DNA of 64,000 nucleotides, from contig OX597816.1 of assembly GCA_951406725.2 (NCBI GenBank), positions 136,152,001 through 136,216,000 of the forward strand. The letters run 5' to 3'. The position numbers and the translations under genes were made by a program. Under the pieces are notes generated by a model, which was not told where the DNA came from, ran no database searches, and saw only the letters and a list, made by a program, of their open reading frames with translations. Of this stretch, positions 21,832-36,122 are shown piece after piece; position 1 is the stretch's first letter; every line of letters begins with the position of its first letter. Source of the DNA: Octopus vulgaris. Lineage: Eukaryota.

Positions 21832-24049
21832 CTTCAAGTCTAATACATTCTATAATTTAACGTTCTGTCCAAATCCTAACATATTCTGTAAGCAGTAGCA
21901 TTTTTTACAAGTAGGTTCACTGTAAAGTTTATTCACTATTTGTAAATAAATTTGCTTAAAATATTTAAATACTTTTTATTACAAACACCGTGTTTGTAGT
22001 TATCTAAAAGAAAATGTTGATCATTACATTTCACATTTTTCTAATTCATCTCGACATCAAGGTGTTTTAACCACGTTGTTTTATTACATTATATTTCTGA
22101 AAGATCATAAAACCCTTGAATACTTTAGCTTACTTCTTGTATATATGATGTATACCAGTATACTGAGATTCTAGCCTCTCTAAGGTAGCTGTCACAAAGT
22201 AATTGATGGCTTTTGGATTTCCTAAGTTCTTAAATCTTTTCACGTACATAGGTTTATTCGTCTTTTGATGATGTCTCGGTTAATATTTAACCTATGAAGT
22301 AATATCTTTAATGCACATTCAAAACGTTTCCCTATCTCATGCCGAAATGAAAAGCATAGATTATAAGTGAAAGGAAAATAGTTATCAAAATTTAGTTTGA
22401 TGGTTACGTTAGATATTCCAGTTAAACAGTATAAAAGACAAAATTTATTCAGCAATGAATTACAAAATATGGATTCAATAATAAAGTAAGCATATTCTGA
22501 AATTTAGCATTAGAAAATTATGCGTCAAATTATCAGATTTAAATATATTTACCATTACAATAAGAGTTGATATTTAGTTTCCAAGACTTGAAATTTTCGA
22601 GTATTCATTCATTCATTCATTCATTCAGATGTTGTAATAATAAAATGCGATAATAGTGAAAAACAGATTTTTATTTAAAAAGATTAAATTAATTGTCTTC
22701 CTGGGACTAAAACCAACAGTAACACCGTCTTCTATAGAACCGCCACATTTAGTTGACAAATATATTTTATAAATAAACGGGCAAGAGAAGTGCTCATGAC
22801 CTGTAGCCCCTCGAAAACTGGTGTGGTTGATGCTAATAATTTTCCCCTGAAACTGTATAAGTTGGCAAGTGTAGGAAAGGAATTCTTGAGGGCTTGCAGA
22901 CATTCCAGAAGGAAAGGTCTGAGACACGTGGTTATGTGGGGGTCAGGAGTTGGGTGGACACAGGATTATGAGAGGAGGAAAGATGTGCGAATCAAGAGTA
23001 CTCGAGTGTAAAGGGGCATAAGATCAGAAGCCATTGTCTTATAATAGAAAAGGCAAAGGAAGCAGCCCATTTGGTGGGCCGTAGATTGAAGTATATATGT
23101 GGTGTCCTGCCATTCAGTCCATTGACCACCTTTCTCTGGACATGGTTTGTATGTGTAGCAGCTGCACCACTAATCCATATGCAGAAGCAGTACCCAGTTG
23201 TGTGTTTACCTTGAGCTTTTTAAAGGATTAATAGTTGATGGGAAGCTGGAGTATTTTCTGGCCTTGGAAGGAATAAGTTTTTGCTTAAGTATGTTAATAA
23301 GAACATTTGGAAATGACATTCTGCTACTGTGTAAGATGTAGTTGTGAAGGGAATTTCACAATTACAGAGCCATGCCCATTCCTTGTTTAATCCTTTAACA
23401 TGTAATTCACCCTAAATATTCTACCTGTTTTATGTTCAACCCAGTCAGATCTTGCCTCTCACACCTACTCTACAATACCATTCTAAAAATAATTACATTT
23501 TCAAAATCTTGAAGCTGTGAAATAATGCATGATGAATTCAAAACAATATGAGTGAATAAGTATTACATTCGACAGAGTAATCTGAATGCTAAAGGGTTAA
23601 AGTGGCTGATTTGTAACATCATGGGTATTAATACTAATTATGTATATGGTCATGTCTTGTGATCCCTGTGGGGCAGTCAAGTAATTTTGCATATAAAGCA
23701 TTGGTCAACTTGAGTAAAACACACTTAACCTTTGCTACTCAGTGAAATTGAACCAGAATTAAGTGGTTGTAAAGCAAGCTTTTTAATGTAACAACCACTC
23801 TGTGTCTATTATTAACCCTTTAGCTTTGAGATTACTCTGTCGAGTGTAATGCTTATTTCTTCACATTGTTTTGTATTGATAATGCATTATCAAGCAGCTC
23901 TGAGATTTTGATGATGTGTTTGTATATTTTTAGAATGATATTGTAGAGTAGGTGTGAGAGGCCAGTTTAAACATAAAACTGGTAGAATATTTGGGCTTGA
24001 TAAAGCTGATTTTAATGCAAATACATGTATAAAATGTTTTTATTTTCAG

Positions 24050-24122
24050 GCAAAACAAAGATGATTATCTTTTGAATTTGGCCAGAGACAATACACAACT
24101 ACTTATCAACAAACTATGGCAG
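24050..24122 (+). CDS. RRS1: RRS1 exon 2 (QNKDDYLLNLARDNTQLLINKLWQ)
   Basis: Acceptor tattttcag|, donor CAG|GTACAT; contains the hallmark RRS1 motif LARDNTQLLIN.LWQ; phase matches exon 1. Confidence 0.97.
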
Positions 24123-24377
24123 GTACATAATATGGTTGAATTGTTAATTATATTCAAAGCTATTACATTTTTCTTAATTTTTTAAACTCCAGATAATTGC
24201 AACTACATCATTAACTGTTTTGATACTAACCTGCCTGACACTTGCCCTTGGTTCTATGTAACAAAACGTGCTTTAAAGCAATCTAAATTAGATCCTTCCA
24301 TCAAAACTTAAGTTGCAATTTAATAACAATGAATTTTACTAAATTCTTTGTTATTTTCAAAATTAATTGAAACAAAG

Positions 24378-24747
24378 AAAACACCATCCGAACGTGGCCA
24401 ATGCCAGCGCCGCCTCAACTGGCTTCTGTGCTGGTGGCACATAAAAAGCACCATCCGAACGTGGCCGATGCCAGCGCCGCCTCGACTGGCTTCTGTGCCG
24501 GTGGCATGTTAAAAGCACCAACCGATCGTGGCCAATGCCAGACCCCACCCTGGCACCTGTGCAGGTGGCACGTAAAAAGCACCCACTACACTCGCAGAGT
24601 GGTTGGCGTTAGGAAGGGCATCCAGCCGTAGAAACACTGCCAGATCAGACTGGAGCCTGGTGCTGCCCCTGGCTTCCCAGACCCCGGTCGAACCGTCCAA
24701 CCCGTGCTAGTGCGGAAAACGGACGTTAAACGATGATGATGATGATG
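24378..24747 (+). mobile_element. RTE 3' UTR copy nested in a TTAA-type MITE (RRS1 intron 2)
   Basis: Three hairpin units plus tail; flanks rejoin as aattgaaacaaag-gcagtatatttcaac, as in the related MITE at ~42000-42455. Confidence 0.8.
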
Positions 24748-26208
24748 AAAGGCAGTATATTTCAACAGAAATATGATAAAAGGGTTATTATGCTTATTCT
24801 GTGATGTTTAACTTTTCGATCTTGTAAATAAATAAAATACACAATTGTGCCACGAACGCTGTAAAATGTATCCCAGTTGCTGATGATATGAAGGGCATTC
24901 AGTTGTAAAAACCATGTCAGAAAGAGACGGAATTAATGGAGACACTGGCCTTGCAGACCTAAGCCCAGGTAACCCATTTAGGAGAACAATAATTCTGAAT
25001 ATAAACACAACAGTCTTTAATCCTTTAGCATTTAAACTGACCATATCCAGTCAAAATAAACAACCTGTTTCTTCAAACTGGTCAGATTTGGCCTCTCATA
25101 CTTGCCCTACAATATTATTCTAAAAATAAACAATCATATCATTGAAATCAATGCTACAATGCATGAATAATTAAAATTGATGTAAATAAATAAGCATTAC
25201 ATTTGACAGAGATATGAATGCTAAAGGGTTAATCTTATCACAAGTGCCTTTTTGTGACAATGGCATAATAAAATGAACTTCATATTATAAGTGGATGATA
25301 GGAAGGACCTTCATCTCTGAAATAACATGATGTATACAACAAAAGTGGCTGGTTTTGCTTGTTGCTGTATGTACAGATAAAGAAAGACTGTGTTGAGTGG
25401 TGAGACACTGATAACCACCACTGAAGAAGAAAAAAAACGGGCTTAAAATAATGGTTTGATCTGTCCAACTATGTATTCTAACAAATACAATACAAAATTA
25501 AAACTTAGCAGATGTAAGAGAGTAAAATAGATGTATTCGATTTCTCTCAGCTTAGAAAACTAGCATTTAAATCTCAGTTATGGATGGTTAGATAGATAAT
25601 ATGAGTAAACTAATATAAACTTTCATGAATGTCTTCAATTCTAATGATTGAAAAGCAATTGAAAGCAGTTAATTTATTTTCCTTATTTACATAGTTTTAT
25701 GCTAGTGTTAATGGAATGTATTATGCAAATATAGACATTTGCATATTTTGGGATGGTGGTGCTACAGTCCAAATGCTGGTGGAATTAAGAGTATCTGACA
25801 ATTAGTTGCCTCTGTTCACAATACATATGATTTGAACCAGTTCTTAAACTTTTTTTTAACTAATGCTCCTTATTTTGCTTGTAACATGATTTCAGCATCC
25901 CACTCCAGTCATTTGTAATGGACATTAACACAATATCAGGCCAGAGTAATTTAAAGTTAATATTTAAGTAGAAGACAAAAACTAAAAAGAAAAAATTATA
26001 TATATATATGCTTTCATCCTCCTCCTTTAGTCTCTAGTAACCCTATAACCCTCCCTCATTTCCAGTGGTGATACCACCTACTGATCTGAGCCAAGCATGG
26101 ACAACTTTATTCTAGCAACAAGCTTTATGAGATGTTGGTCATCATAAATTGGGCTGCACTACTAAAAGGATAATTTTTACAGACACCATATGTAGTACAG
26201 AGCTTACT

Positions 26209-26596
26209 GTGGAGGCGCAATGGCCCAGTGGTTAGGGCAGCGGACTCGTGGTCATAGGATCGCGGTTTCGATTCCCAGACCGGGCGTTGTGAGTGTTTAT
26301 TGAGCGAAACACCTAAAAGCTCCATGAGGCTCCGGCAGGGGATGGTGGTGATCCCTGCTGTACTCTTTCACCACAACTTTCTCTCACTCTTACTTCCTGT
26401 TTCTGTTGTACCTGTATTTTAAGGGGCCGGCCGTGTCACTCTCTGTGTCACGCTGAATATCCCCAAGAACTACGTTAAGGGTGCACGTGTCTGTGGAGTG
26501 CTCAGCCACTTACACGTTAATTTCACGAGCAGGCTGTTCCGTTGATTCGGATCAACCGGAACCCTCATCGTCGTAACCGACGGAGTGCTTCCCCCC
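26209..26596 (+). mobile_element. Full-length young tRNA-derived SINE (388 bp) with 12-bp TSD
   Basis: TSD ACAGAGCTTACT at 26197-26208 and 26597-26608; A box TGGCCCAGTGG (26221), B box GGTTTCGATTCC (26264); CpGs retained. Confidence 0.9.
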
Positions 26597-29151
26597 ACAG
26601 AGCTTACTATATATTACTCTAATCCAATCATAAATATATATTGGTTTCAAATTTTGGTGCAAGGCCAGCAGTATTCAACTGGTAATTATTTTATTTGATC
26701 CTAAAAAGAAAAAGGAAAAGTTGACTGCAATTTGAACTCAGTGTAAAGATGGATGAAATGCCACTAAACAGTTTCCCCGGTATGCTAATGACTCTAGCTT
26801 GCATCCTAAACAAGAAATGCTGCTAGAGATTTTCTCCAATGCTCTTGCAATTCTGCCAGCTCGATGTCCTGATACATATATATTAGTAAGACCTAAATAT
26901 TGAAATAAAATTATAGTAAAAATTTAAAAAATTGAAATAAAATTATAGTAAAAATAAAAAAAAGTTTAGTTTTATATATTTGACATTATGCATCCCATAC
27001 AAAAAGTCATAGAGGACAATCTAGCCTCTTATTTAACTCTATTTAAAGTTACCACATAAGACTGGTTCAGGATAAAAAATAATTTAACGGGTAATAACAA
27101 TAGCATTGAATTTCAGTAAAATAACTAATATAATACTTTATGTACATCATCATCATCATCATCATTTAGCGTCCGCTCTCCATGCTAGCATGGGTTGGTA
27201 CAATTCTTTATTTTAAAAGTTAAGGTAGAACAAGTTAATGAGGGACAGTGTGGTTGTTCATCCTGCTTGAAATAGTGATTAAATTTGCTTCAACTCACAA
27301 TGTACCATATAAAATCAGATAGAACACATTACTTTTAGATACTGTGTCTGAGTCAAAATTGAAATGGTCACAGCTGGAACACCTTTGACATAATTCTTGT
27401 TAGTCAGGCCAGCAACTACCAGAGCTAGGACATATGTCAAAGTCCTATTGAAATGAATTTGATTTTATTAGAATAAATCTTATTTCAAAAGTAAGACTAA
27501 ACTAGCTAAGATATTTTCAAGTAATTTATTTATTTGCTAATTTATTAACTCCTGTTTATTCAATACAATAAGTTATAAAAACTTCAGTCTAAAATAGAGA
27601 TATAAGCAGTTGCTTTTGAGTTGGATGGGTTTGTTGGTTTGCACATTTTTTTGGCGGGTAGGCTTTGGGTATCTTATACTTAGTTTACTTTCTTAGATAA
27701 CTTGTACCGTTCTCTACTCATTCCTCTATTTCAAATCAGCTCTATCTTTACTATTTGACTTTCCTTTAAAAATTACAGAAAATATTTGGACTATGGAAAG
27801 TGAAGGAATTTTGAGACTGAAATATACTTGTTTTTCAAAACTTTTTCTCAATCCTGTTTCAAATCTTGTCTTTGATATCCAACATTCTCAAGTCTCACTA
27901 ACCCACTTTTGCTTATATTGGCCTTCTGCTCTGTCATTCATTTTTAACTGTCCATATACACACACTCTCTCTCTTGTATGTCTTGACTGATGTCATTAAT
28001 GTCCAGCTAACACTTTCTATTCCATTATCCATTTTCCACAAATCTTCCACATTTAGATGCTTATTTCTTCTTACTGTGCAACATCACATGTCTTGTACAT
28101 AATTCCAACAGTCTATCTTTTGCATACAAAGAAAATCACTGTCAGTAAACGAACACATATCGCCTTTGCCTAGATACTAACACATCTGAAATTTAAAATT
28201 TTTTCTGATCTCTGGTTAACCTATACTGACACTTACACTATCCTGTTTCAATCTATGATCTAAGCTCTCAAAGATTAAATGATAAACATTACATTCTCTA
28301 ATAATCTATCATTGAAAGGAGGATTGGGAAATCTACATTCCAAGGAATAGGGTCCTTCTCCAGTGTCAGATAATGCTTCAGCTTTAATCAGTTGTTGATT
28401 CTACAAAGCTCAAATATGAATTGCCTTGAAATAGTACAGCCTTACATATCTGGGATGGTGCTGCTACTATACACACACATTTTAGACACCACGTTAAAGA
28501 AATCCATTTAACTGATTGGCAAAGATTCATTCACTAGCATACTTCACCATGAAATCAGAAAAGTATTGTTTTCTCTCTTTCTCTTTTCTTCTTTTACTAC
28601 AACAGCTCCTTCATCTCTGAGCAATGAAGTTGTATAGCCCCTTCATCTCGGCCTACCTGATATGTCTTTTCTCTTGCCATTCTGAGTCTCATCATCTTTG
28701 ACCATATCCTTAACATTTGCCCCCATATTCTTAACCTCCCGCCATTCTCTGTGCAACACTCTGGAATTCTTTTCTTGAATGCATCAGTCATATCGATCTC
28801 AACAGTGTGAAAAGGTCATGAGCACTGAATCTCTTGTTTAATTAATACAAACTAATGAGGAAGATTCTATATAAACTGTTGATCTGCCTCAAATAGCCAA
28901 ATCTCCTTGAAATTACACTCAACTACACAAAATGTTAATGTTTACTGCTGGAATGCCTTTCATTGTAAGTCTGCTTACTCAACACTAATAATGAAAACTA
29001 ATTAATAACCCTCTCATCCCCTAATTAACAATAACTTGTTTGTTATATAGTATATTATAATAGTATATTGCTGTTAAATTAAAATATAATTTGAGGCGTG
29101 TTTTCTTTTAAACATAATAATGATAAAATTGGTTTTTATTTTGTTTTTTAG

Positions 29152-29190
29152 CTCCCAACAGAGAAGAATGATGGCATTGTAAATGTTAAG
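29152..29190 (+). CDS. RRS1: RRS1 exon 3, 39 nt (LPTEKNDGIVNVK)
   Basis: Acceptor ttgttttttag|, donor AAG|GTAACT; continues the LWQ-LPTE motif. Confidence 0.93.
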
Positions 29191-29251
29191 GTAACTTATT
29201 TATTGTTTCTTGTTCATTATAGGTTTGTTCATTATGTGTTTGTAAGCTTAA

Positions 29252-30293
29252 CCCTTTCGTTACTATATTTCTGACCAAATTACACCCCTTATGTGTTTCA
29301 ATTAATTTCTAACGTAATCATAAATTTAGTCTGGTTTCATTAAACAACTATAACTTTTTTATTTATCGATATATCAATCTGATTTTTGGAAGATAATTTA
29401 ATGAAATATTCTCAACCAATTCTATACTATAATTTTTGTTACAAAGTGACTCTAATTGCAGGTAGATACAGGTAAATTCCACAAAATATAAAATTATTAA
29501 AATTTTGTTCAAACATCGCTATAGAAAATGGGTTATTAACTAATATTCAATTGGGTATATAACAAAATTTTACGATAGAATTTGTTATTCTGGGTAACTT
29601 TCTGATACCCATAATAATATTTACGGCAAAATAGTCTTAATTTCATTTAAGGTTGAGGGAAACCACAAAATATCGTTTCTTTTGCTTTGTTTACGTTTAG
29701 CGTAACGGTTCGTCTCCGCTGTAATGATTTCAAATAGGCTCATTCGAAAAAGTAAAAAGAAATAGTCTAAGGCTTTACTCTTCTGGGAAAGTCTGTGGCT
29801 TGGTCCAGTTTCTTCAGAGAAATCACCGAAAGAAACAGTTTTTAAATTTTCACTCCATTCAGGTGCCAATTCGTTTTCTTTATCGCTATCGGAGATCTCA
29901 GATTCACTGTTTTCACTTTCGGAAAATGAAACATCAGATTCATTATCAAATACGACATGCTTTTTTTTTTCAGTCATAGAGTTAGATTTATGAAGGTCTT
30001 CAGTAGAAAATCCTTCGAATTCTGACTCGCTGCTTGATATAATGAAATTCGTATCCATTTTCTGTCAGAATTACAAATTTTGAAAACACAATAGGAACAA
30101 ATTTCGGAAAAAAATCTCCCAAAATTCACGGAATTAAAATTACACTTCGATTATTGTACAAAACTGTAGTTGAACTGTTTACGAAGTATAATACGTGTTT
30201 TCACGAATGTACTGAAGAGATTTGCTCTGATATTCTCATTTAAATATGAATAGGTAAATTCGGGCGGCTTTGGGCGGTTTGGTAACGAAAGGG
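29252..30293 (-). mobile_element. Internally deleted piggyBac (1042 bp) with intact ends and N-terminal transposase ORF 29621..30058
   Basis: TTAA TSDs at 29248-29251 and 30294-30297; perfect 12-bp TIR CCCTTTCGTTAC; ORF has an acidic N-terminus and GP...ALDYFFLLF....EII.AETNRYA...W...T..EIK, typical of piggyBac/PGBD4-like proteins. Confidence 0.92.
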
Positions 30294-32066
30294 TTAAATA
30301 AACTGTTATTTAATTGCAAACTGTATTTTACATGAATGTTGGAATTTATTATGTATGGATTAATATTTTGAGATTATAGGAAATGTGACTAATACTGGTA
30401 TCAGTGTAGGAAGAGGAAGTGACAGATTGATTTAGAAGGACACTCGTATGATGGTGAATTTCTTAGTTTCTTCATCAATAGACAGTAGAGAAACTATAAA
30501 ATTAATAATTAGATTTAGATAGTCTGTTACTGGAAATATGCGTGAATGATAGAAGGTTGGATTGCTGATGAAGGGTGAAAGAGCAAGTTATTCTTTTTGT
30601 TGAGTTAAGAAGGGAAGCTTACATCTAAAATAGCTAAGAAAGATTGTTTGATACATGTTTTCTACTTTGGATAAAGTGTGATTATTTTTACTATTTTACA
30701 TCCATTATCATTGCAAATATCCAAGAAATCTTCTGTTAGCATGAGAGAAATTGTAAACCCAGTGACAATATAGAATGGTAACAAACTGGAGAAATATTGC
30801 TTCATCATCATCAATGGTTTAATTTTCACTTTACCATATTTTCATGGATCAGATGGAATTTGTTGAGGCAGATTTTCTTAGGCTGGATGCCCTTCATGTT
30901 GCCAAATCTCACCTGTTTCCAAGCAAGGTAACATTTCCCCTTGGCTGAATATGGTTTTGGAAACAAGTGAGAGTGCTTGTATGACAGTGACAACTATCAC
31001 ATGATGCCCATAGAAGGGGACAAACATATTTATATGACTGGCTTCTTTCAGTTTCTTATTTCTTTATTGCCCACAAGGAGCTAAACATAGAGGGGACAAA
31101 CAAGGACAGACAGAAAGATTAAGTCAATTACATTGACCCCAGTGTGTAACTGGTATTTAATTTACCCCGAAAGGATGAAAGGCAAAGTTGACCTCGGTGG
31201 AATTTGAACTCAGAACGTAGCGGCAGATGAAATACCGCTAAGCATTTCACCAGACGTGCTAACGTTTCTGCTTACCAAATCCACTCATGAGGCTTTGGTT
31301 GGTCCGGAACTATAGTAGAAGACACTTGTCCAAGATATCATGCAGCAAGACAACCTGAAACAACACGGTTGGGAAGTAAACTTCTTAACCATACAACCAT
31401 GAATATCTTTACATATTTATATTTCTGATGATGTATTGAAATGATGTATTGTTAAAGCTATTTGATTTTTCCACATTATTAAACTCCATCCCGTTTCAGT
31501 TGATCTGGTGTTTCAAATTCCATATCTTTACCTATAAACTTATTTCTCTTGTGAAGTTACCTCTGGGAATATGATAAACTTAGAACCAATCAGATAACAT
31601 TCTGATTAAAACTGAAAATAAGATGGGAGACACAGATACAGAAAACAACTTTTTCAGACTATTAACCTCAACTTCAGAAATGAGCTTTTTGTTTTTCTTA
31701 AAGTATTTATTAGTTTGAATTGAGAAGGATAGGAAGTAAAAGAGGCCTAATAGATAAGAACATTACTACTCTTAGGTTGGAAATAAAGTTTGAATTCTGC
31801 TTGTTGCTATATACTACCATTGTTTATGATGTTCACATGAGTCAGATGGAGTTTAATGAGGCAAATTTTCTAGAGCCAGATGCCCTTTCTGTCGCCAACC
31901 CTGACCTATTTACAAGTGTGGTAATATTTCCCCATGGCTAGACGTTTTCACAATATGGGGAGTGAATAACATTAATTTACTGCAATCCCACAATGTCATA
32001 AGCAAGGAGACAAACATTCACACACATATCCATTCATTTTCTGTACTCACTATTCGTGGGAGGATC

Positions 32067-32295
32067 ATGAGGAGAGAGTCCTCAGGTACATGTTCCTTTG
32101 GATCCTATCAGAAGCATTCATCATTACACTTTCCAGTTGGATTCCCAAGTGTGTCCAACTGAGACTATGGATATTATCTGACCATCTCATTCTTGGTCTG
32201 CCTCTAGGTTTCCAACTGGTTGGCTGAACTTGAAGAATCTGTCTTGCAGTTCTTTCTTGTGATATTCTAATCATATATCTGCAGTATTGGAGCTG
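32067..32295 (-). mobile_element. Old RTE-type LINE ORF2 C-terminal relic
   Basis: RISQERTARQILQVQP...KPRGRPRMRWSDNI in ORF 32065..32469. Confidence 0.6.
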
Positions 32296-32830
32296 TGATG
32301 TTGCAATGCAGGCACACACACACACATGAGATTCTTTCATTTTCTGCTCACCAAATCCACTCAACGCTTTGATCAGCCTGTAGCTTATAGTTGAAGATAC
32401 TTGCTTACCATACCATATAATGGTGTTGAACCTAAAACCATGTGGTTGGGAAGCAAACTTCTTAACCACAAAGCCACACCTGTACCTACATCAACAAATA
32501 ACATGCCTGATCATGATTGGTAATTAAATCAAATTGTAGATGTAAATGCTGAAAGTTTTCATTTCAATATTTAGGAGACATAGGTGCAGGTATGGCTGGG
32601 TGGGTGGTTAAGAAGTTTGGTTTGGTGTTTACTCCCAATATGTGGACACAGTTGGCTGGTGTTGTCTGTTGTAGCCCTGGGTTAGCTAATACCTTTTGAG
32701 TGAAATCTGGTAGATAGAAACAAGGTGCCTGTGCCACTTAAAAAGCACTTGTGTCGGTGCTTAATGCGCCCATGCTGGTGGCATGTAAAAAGCACCCTGC
32801 ACACCCTGTTAAGTGGTTGGCATTAGGAAG

Positions 32831-33061
32831 GCGGCGAGCTGGTAGAAACGTTAGCACGCCGGGCGAAATGTTTAGCGGTATTTCGTCTGCGTTACGTTGT
32901 GAGTTAAAATTCCACCGAGGTCGACTTTGCCTTTCATCCTTTTGGGGTCGATAAATTAAGTACCAGTTACGCACTGGGGTCGATCTAATCGACTTAATAC
33001 CTATGTCTGTCCTTGTTTGTTCCCTCTGTGTTTAGCCCCTTGTGGGTAATAAAGAAATAGC
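32831..33061 (+). mobile_element. SINE inserted inside an older RTE-tail copy
   Basis: TSD ttggcattaggaag (32817-32830) / ttggtattaggaag (33062-33075); the host tail resumes with agcatccagctgtagaaac. Confidence 0.8.
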
Positions 33062-35712
33062 TTGGTATTAGGAAGAGCATCCAGCTGTAGAAACCTTACC
33101 ACAACAGACAGTTGGAGTCTGGATAGTTCCTTGCTAGCCAACTCCATGTCAAACCGTCCAGCCCATGCCAACATGAGACGCAGACATTGAACAGTGATGT
33201 GGTGTGTATGTATATGACTAAGTGTGTATTCCTCTTGTCTTGTACACTCATAAACAGAATTAATGTTCATACAAATGGTGTCATTTGCAATTCTCCACAA
33301 AAGCATGTCCACACTGTTTGTTAGTTAAGGAGGGCAGTGGAAGTATTAACCTTGCTTGGATACAACTTATGATTGATGGCAGGAAGCGCAGTCATGACTG
33401 ACAACAGTCATAGACAACCTCTGGCCAATAGGACCTTCTGGATGGCCTGCCTATTGAAAAGTTCCCTTCGATTATTTTACTAGTGTGCCCTGCGTAATGG
33501 TGAGCTATGTGTTATGCAGTCCACTTCTCAAAAAAAGGTTGCCCATACCTGATCAGTTGTAGAAATCTCATCTGACCCATGGAGGAAATGATTATGGTGG
33601 CAATGACTAAAGTGTGCAAATTTTAAACTATTGTCTTGATGAGTTTTTCACTAGGGAACTTATGATATAAAATAATATTTTTTGTCTATATAATTTTGAA
33701 TTATAAATTGACCAAAGATTTCTCAGATGTTCTAGTCATTGCATAAATTGATGGTTCCTTTATAATTTACTATTTTGCTATTATTGAAATTGTAAAATAG
33801 CCTTTGATCTGTTTGCAATATACTTGCTTTCCTTCTTGATTTGTATGTAAAATGTCACAAACAATTCATTATTTATTCTTACTTCCTCTTTCTTCTCCCT
33901 TCCTCCTACTCCCTGTCTCTCTCCCTTTCAGTTCAAGTTAGTAACAGTAGACAACTCAGTTAGACCATTTAATAATGTAGTGTTTGCATAACAATTCACA
34001 ATGACTCATTGACAATAATTAGCGTGGGGGATATTAGGAAGAAAGAAAACAGGAGAGTGACTGAAATGGTAGTGTGTTGACTTATTGTAACATATTAGAC
34101 ATTTAGCATTAATTCTCAGGAAATATTCACCAGTAGAAAATATCTCTAATTTTGAAATTAGCTTTTTTTTTATATTTTTTGTACTGGCCAGCAATTTGAC
34201 ATTGTGGCATTTCATTTGTTTCTCCTTTAACAACTTGCTTCTCTTGGGTTTTAACATTTTTAAAAGCCAACAAAAATAAATCCAAATAGATTTATTTTCT
34301 CTCTTATTTCATTTCAAAAAATTGCGTTTCAAGATGGGTTTCTCGATATTTCTTTGGTTATGTGATTAAATATTCATTTGTTATGTAATAGGTATTAGAC
34401 CAGTCTTAATATATTATAGATATTTTTTTATTGACCTTGGATGGAAAGCGGTTGACTCCATTGAAACAAAATAAAACAAAACAACAGAACACAACTGAAA
34501 ATGTCTTTAAAAAATAAAATCAGAACTTAACAATGAATGTTTTGTGTCAAATTTTCCACACTAAACCATGAGTTAGTAATGCAGATACCATAATAGTCTC
34601 TGTATTGTATCATATCCACCCATTCTCTCTGTTTGAAGCAATATTTTATGATCTGATGCTCTTTTTGATGCCAACTCTTTTGGTAGCCCCAACATGCAAA
34701 TTGTTTTATTGTTTACTTGAATGATTCACAATTAGTATTGACATTAAGTTGATCAGACAAATTTCCAAGCAGAAACAAGTTCATATATATATATATGTGT
34801 TTGTGTTTATATACATGTATATATGTGTGTGTGTTTATATACATATATATATGTGTGTGTGTATATAATCAAAGGCATTTGGTGATCATTTTGGGTGGGG
34901 AAGCAATGACCAAAATTTTCTGTCGCATAGATATTTGAATCAAACTGACATGTTCATATTATACAAACTATTTTTAAAATAAGAAAATCACATTTTATAT
35001 TAAGGGTATTCTGTAATTTGAAAAAGTATAAAATATTAGTTGAATAAATGCAGAAAACTACAAGCATGTTATCTTTTCACCGTTTTTCTGAGGGAGGCAG
35101 AATGTCAACTTGCTTCCCTTTCCTATGTGTTACATAGCAACGTAAGATTATATATATCATAGATATTGCGAATTGGCAGAAGCTTTAAGCATATAAGTAT
35201 TTATTAGCATCTAAAACTGTTTGTTATCAGTTCTTACTAGGAAAAAATTGTCTTTGTGGCATTTTTATTGGGGAAAAAGGTTAAAATATTAGACTGAAAA
35301 GGATGCAACAGTGCATATTGCTTCCCTTGTAATTATTTTTTTGTGTCATCTGCCACTGCTTGTCTCATGCTAATTTCGATAATAAAAGTCTGAAGCCTAT
35401 GATATGTAGTTTATATTAATTTTACAGAACATTAGAAGAACAATCTTCTGAAAAATAAGTAATATAGTTTCAATTTTGCTTCTATAATTTTTAAAGGAAA
35501 CATATTATAGGGCTCACCTATGATATATATGTATATATATATATATATATACACACACACATATACTGTTTGTACTATATAGTCTGCTGGATATTGTATG
35601 AACTCTGTAATTTCCTATAGTGGGTCACATGTACCATTTAGTAGGTGTGGTATGTAGTATACATTATAGTGTGCTGCATAGAATGCATTTTTTGTGCACT
35701 ATATTACTAAAT

Positions 35713-36122
35713 AGGCATGGGTGTGGTTGTGTGGCAAGAAGATTGCTTCCTGGGTTTAGGTCTCACTGTGGGACACTTTGGGCAAGTGTCTTCTACTATA
35801 GCCTCAGGCTGACCAAAGCCTTGTGAGTGGATTTGGTGATGGAAACTGAAAAAAGCCCATTGTGTCTATATATAGAATATATATATATGTATATATTTAT
35901 GTGTGTGTTTTGTGTCAGTGTTTGTTCCCCACCACCACCACTTGAGAACTGATGTTAGGGTGTTTATGTCCCTGTAACTTAACAATTTGGCAAAAGAGAC
36001 CGATAGAATAAGTACTAGGCTTACAAAGAATAAATCCTGGAGTTGATCTCTTCGACTGTGAAACCCTTCAAGGCAGTGCTCCAGCATGGCCACAGCCAAA
36101 TGACTAAAACAAGTAAAAGAAT
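35713..36122 (+). mobile_element. CORE-type tRNA SINE copy
   Basis: Same head, CORE-like domain, microsatellite and tail as 48398-48783. Confidence 0.8.

Noticed and set aside
26209-26285. tRNA gene
   Set aside because: The tRNA-like head continues into a SINE body bounded by a TSD; no proper acceptor stem or terminator.
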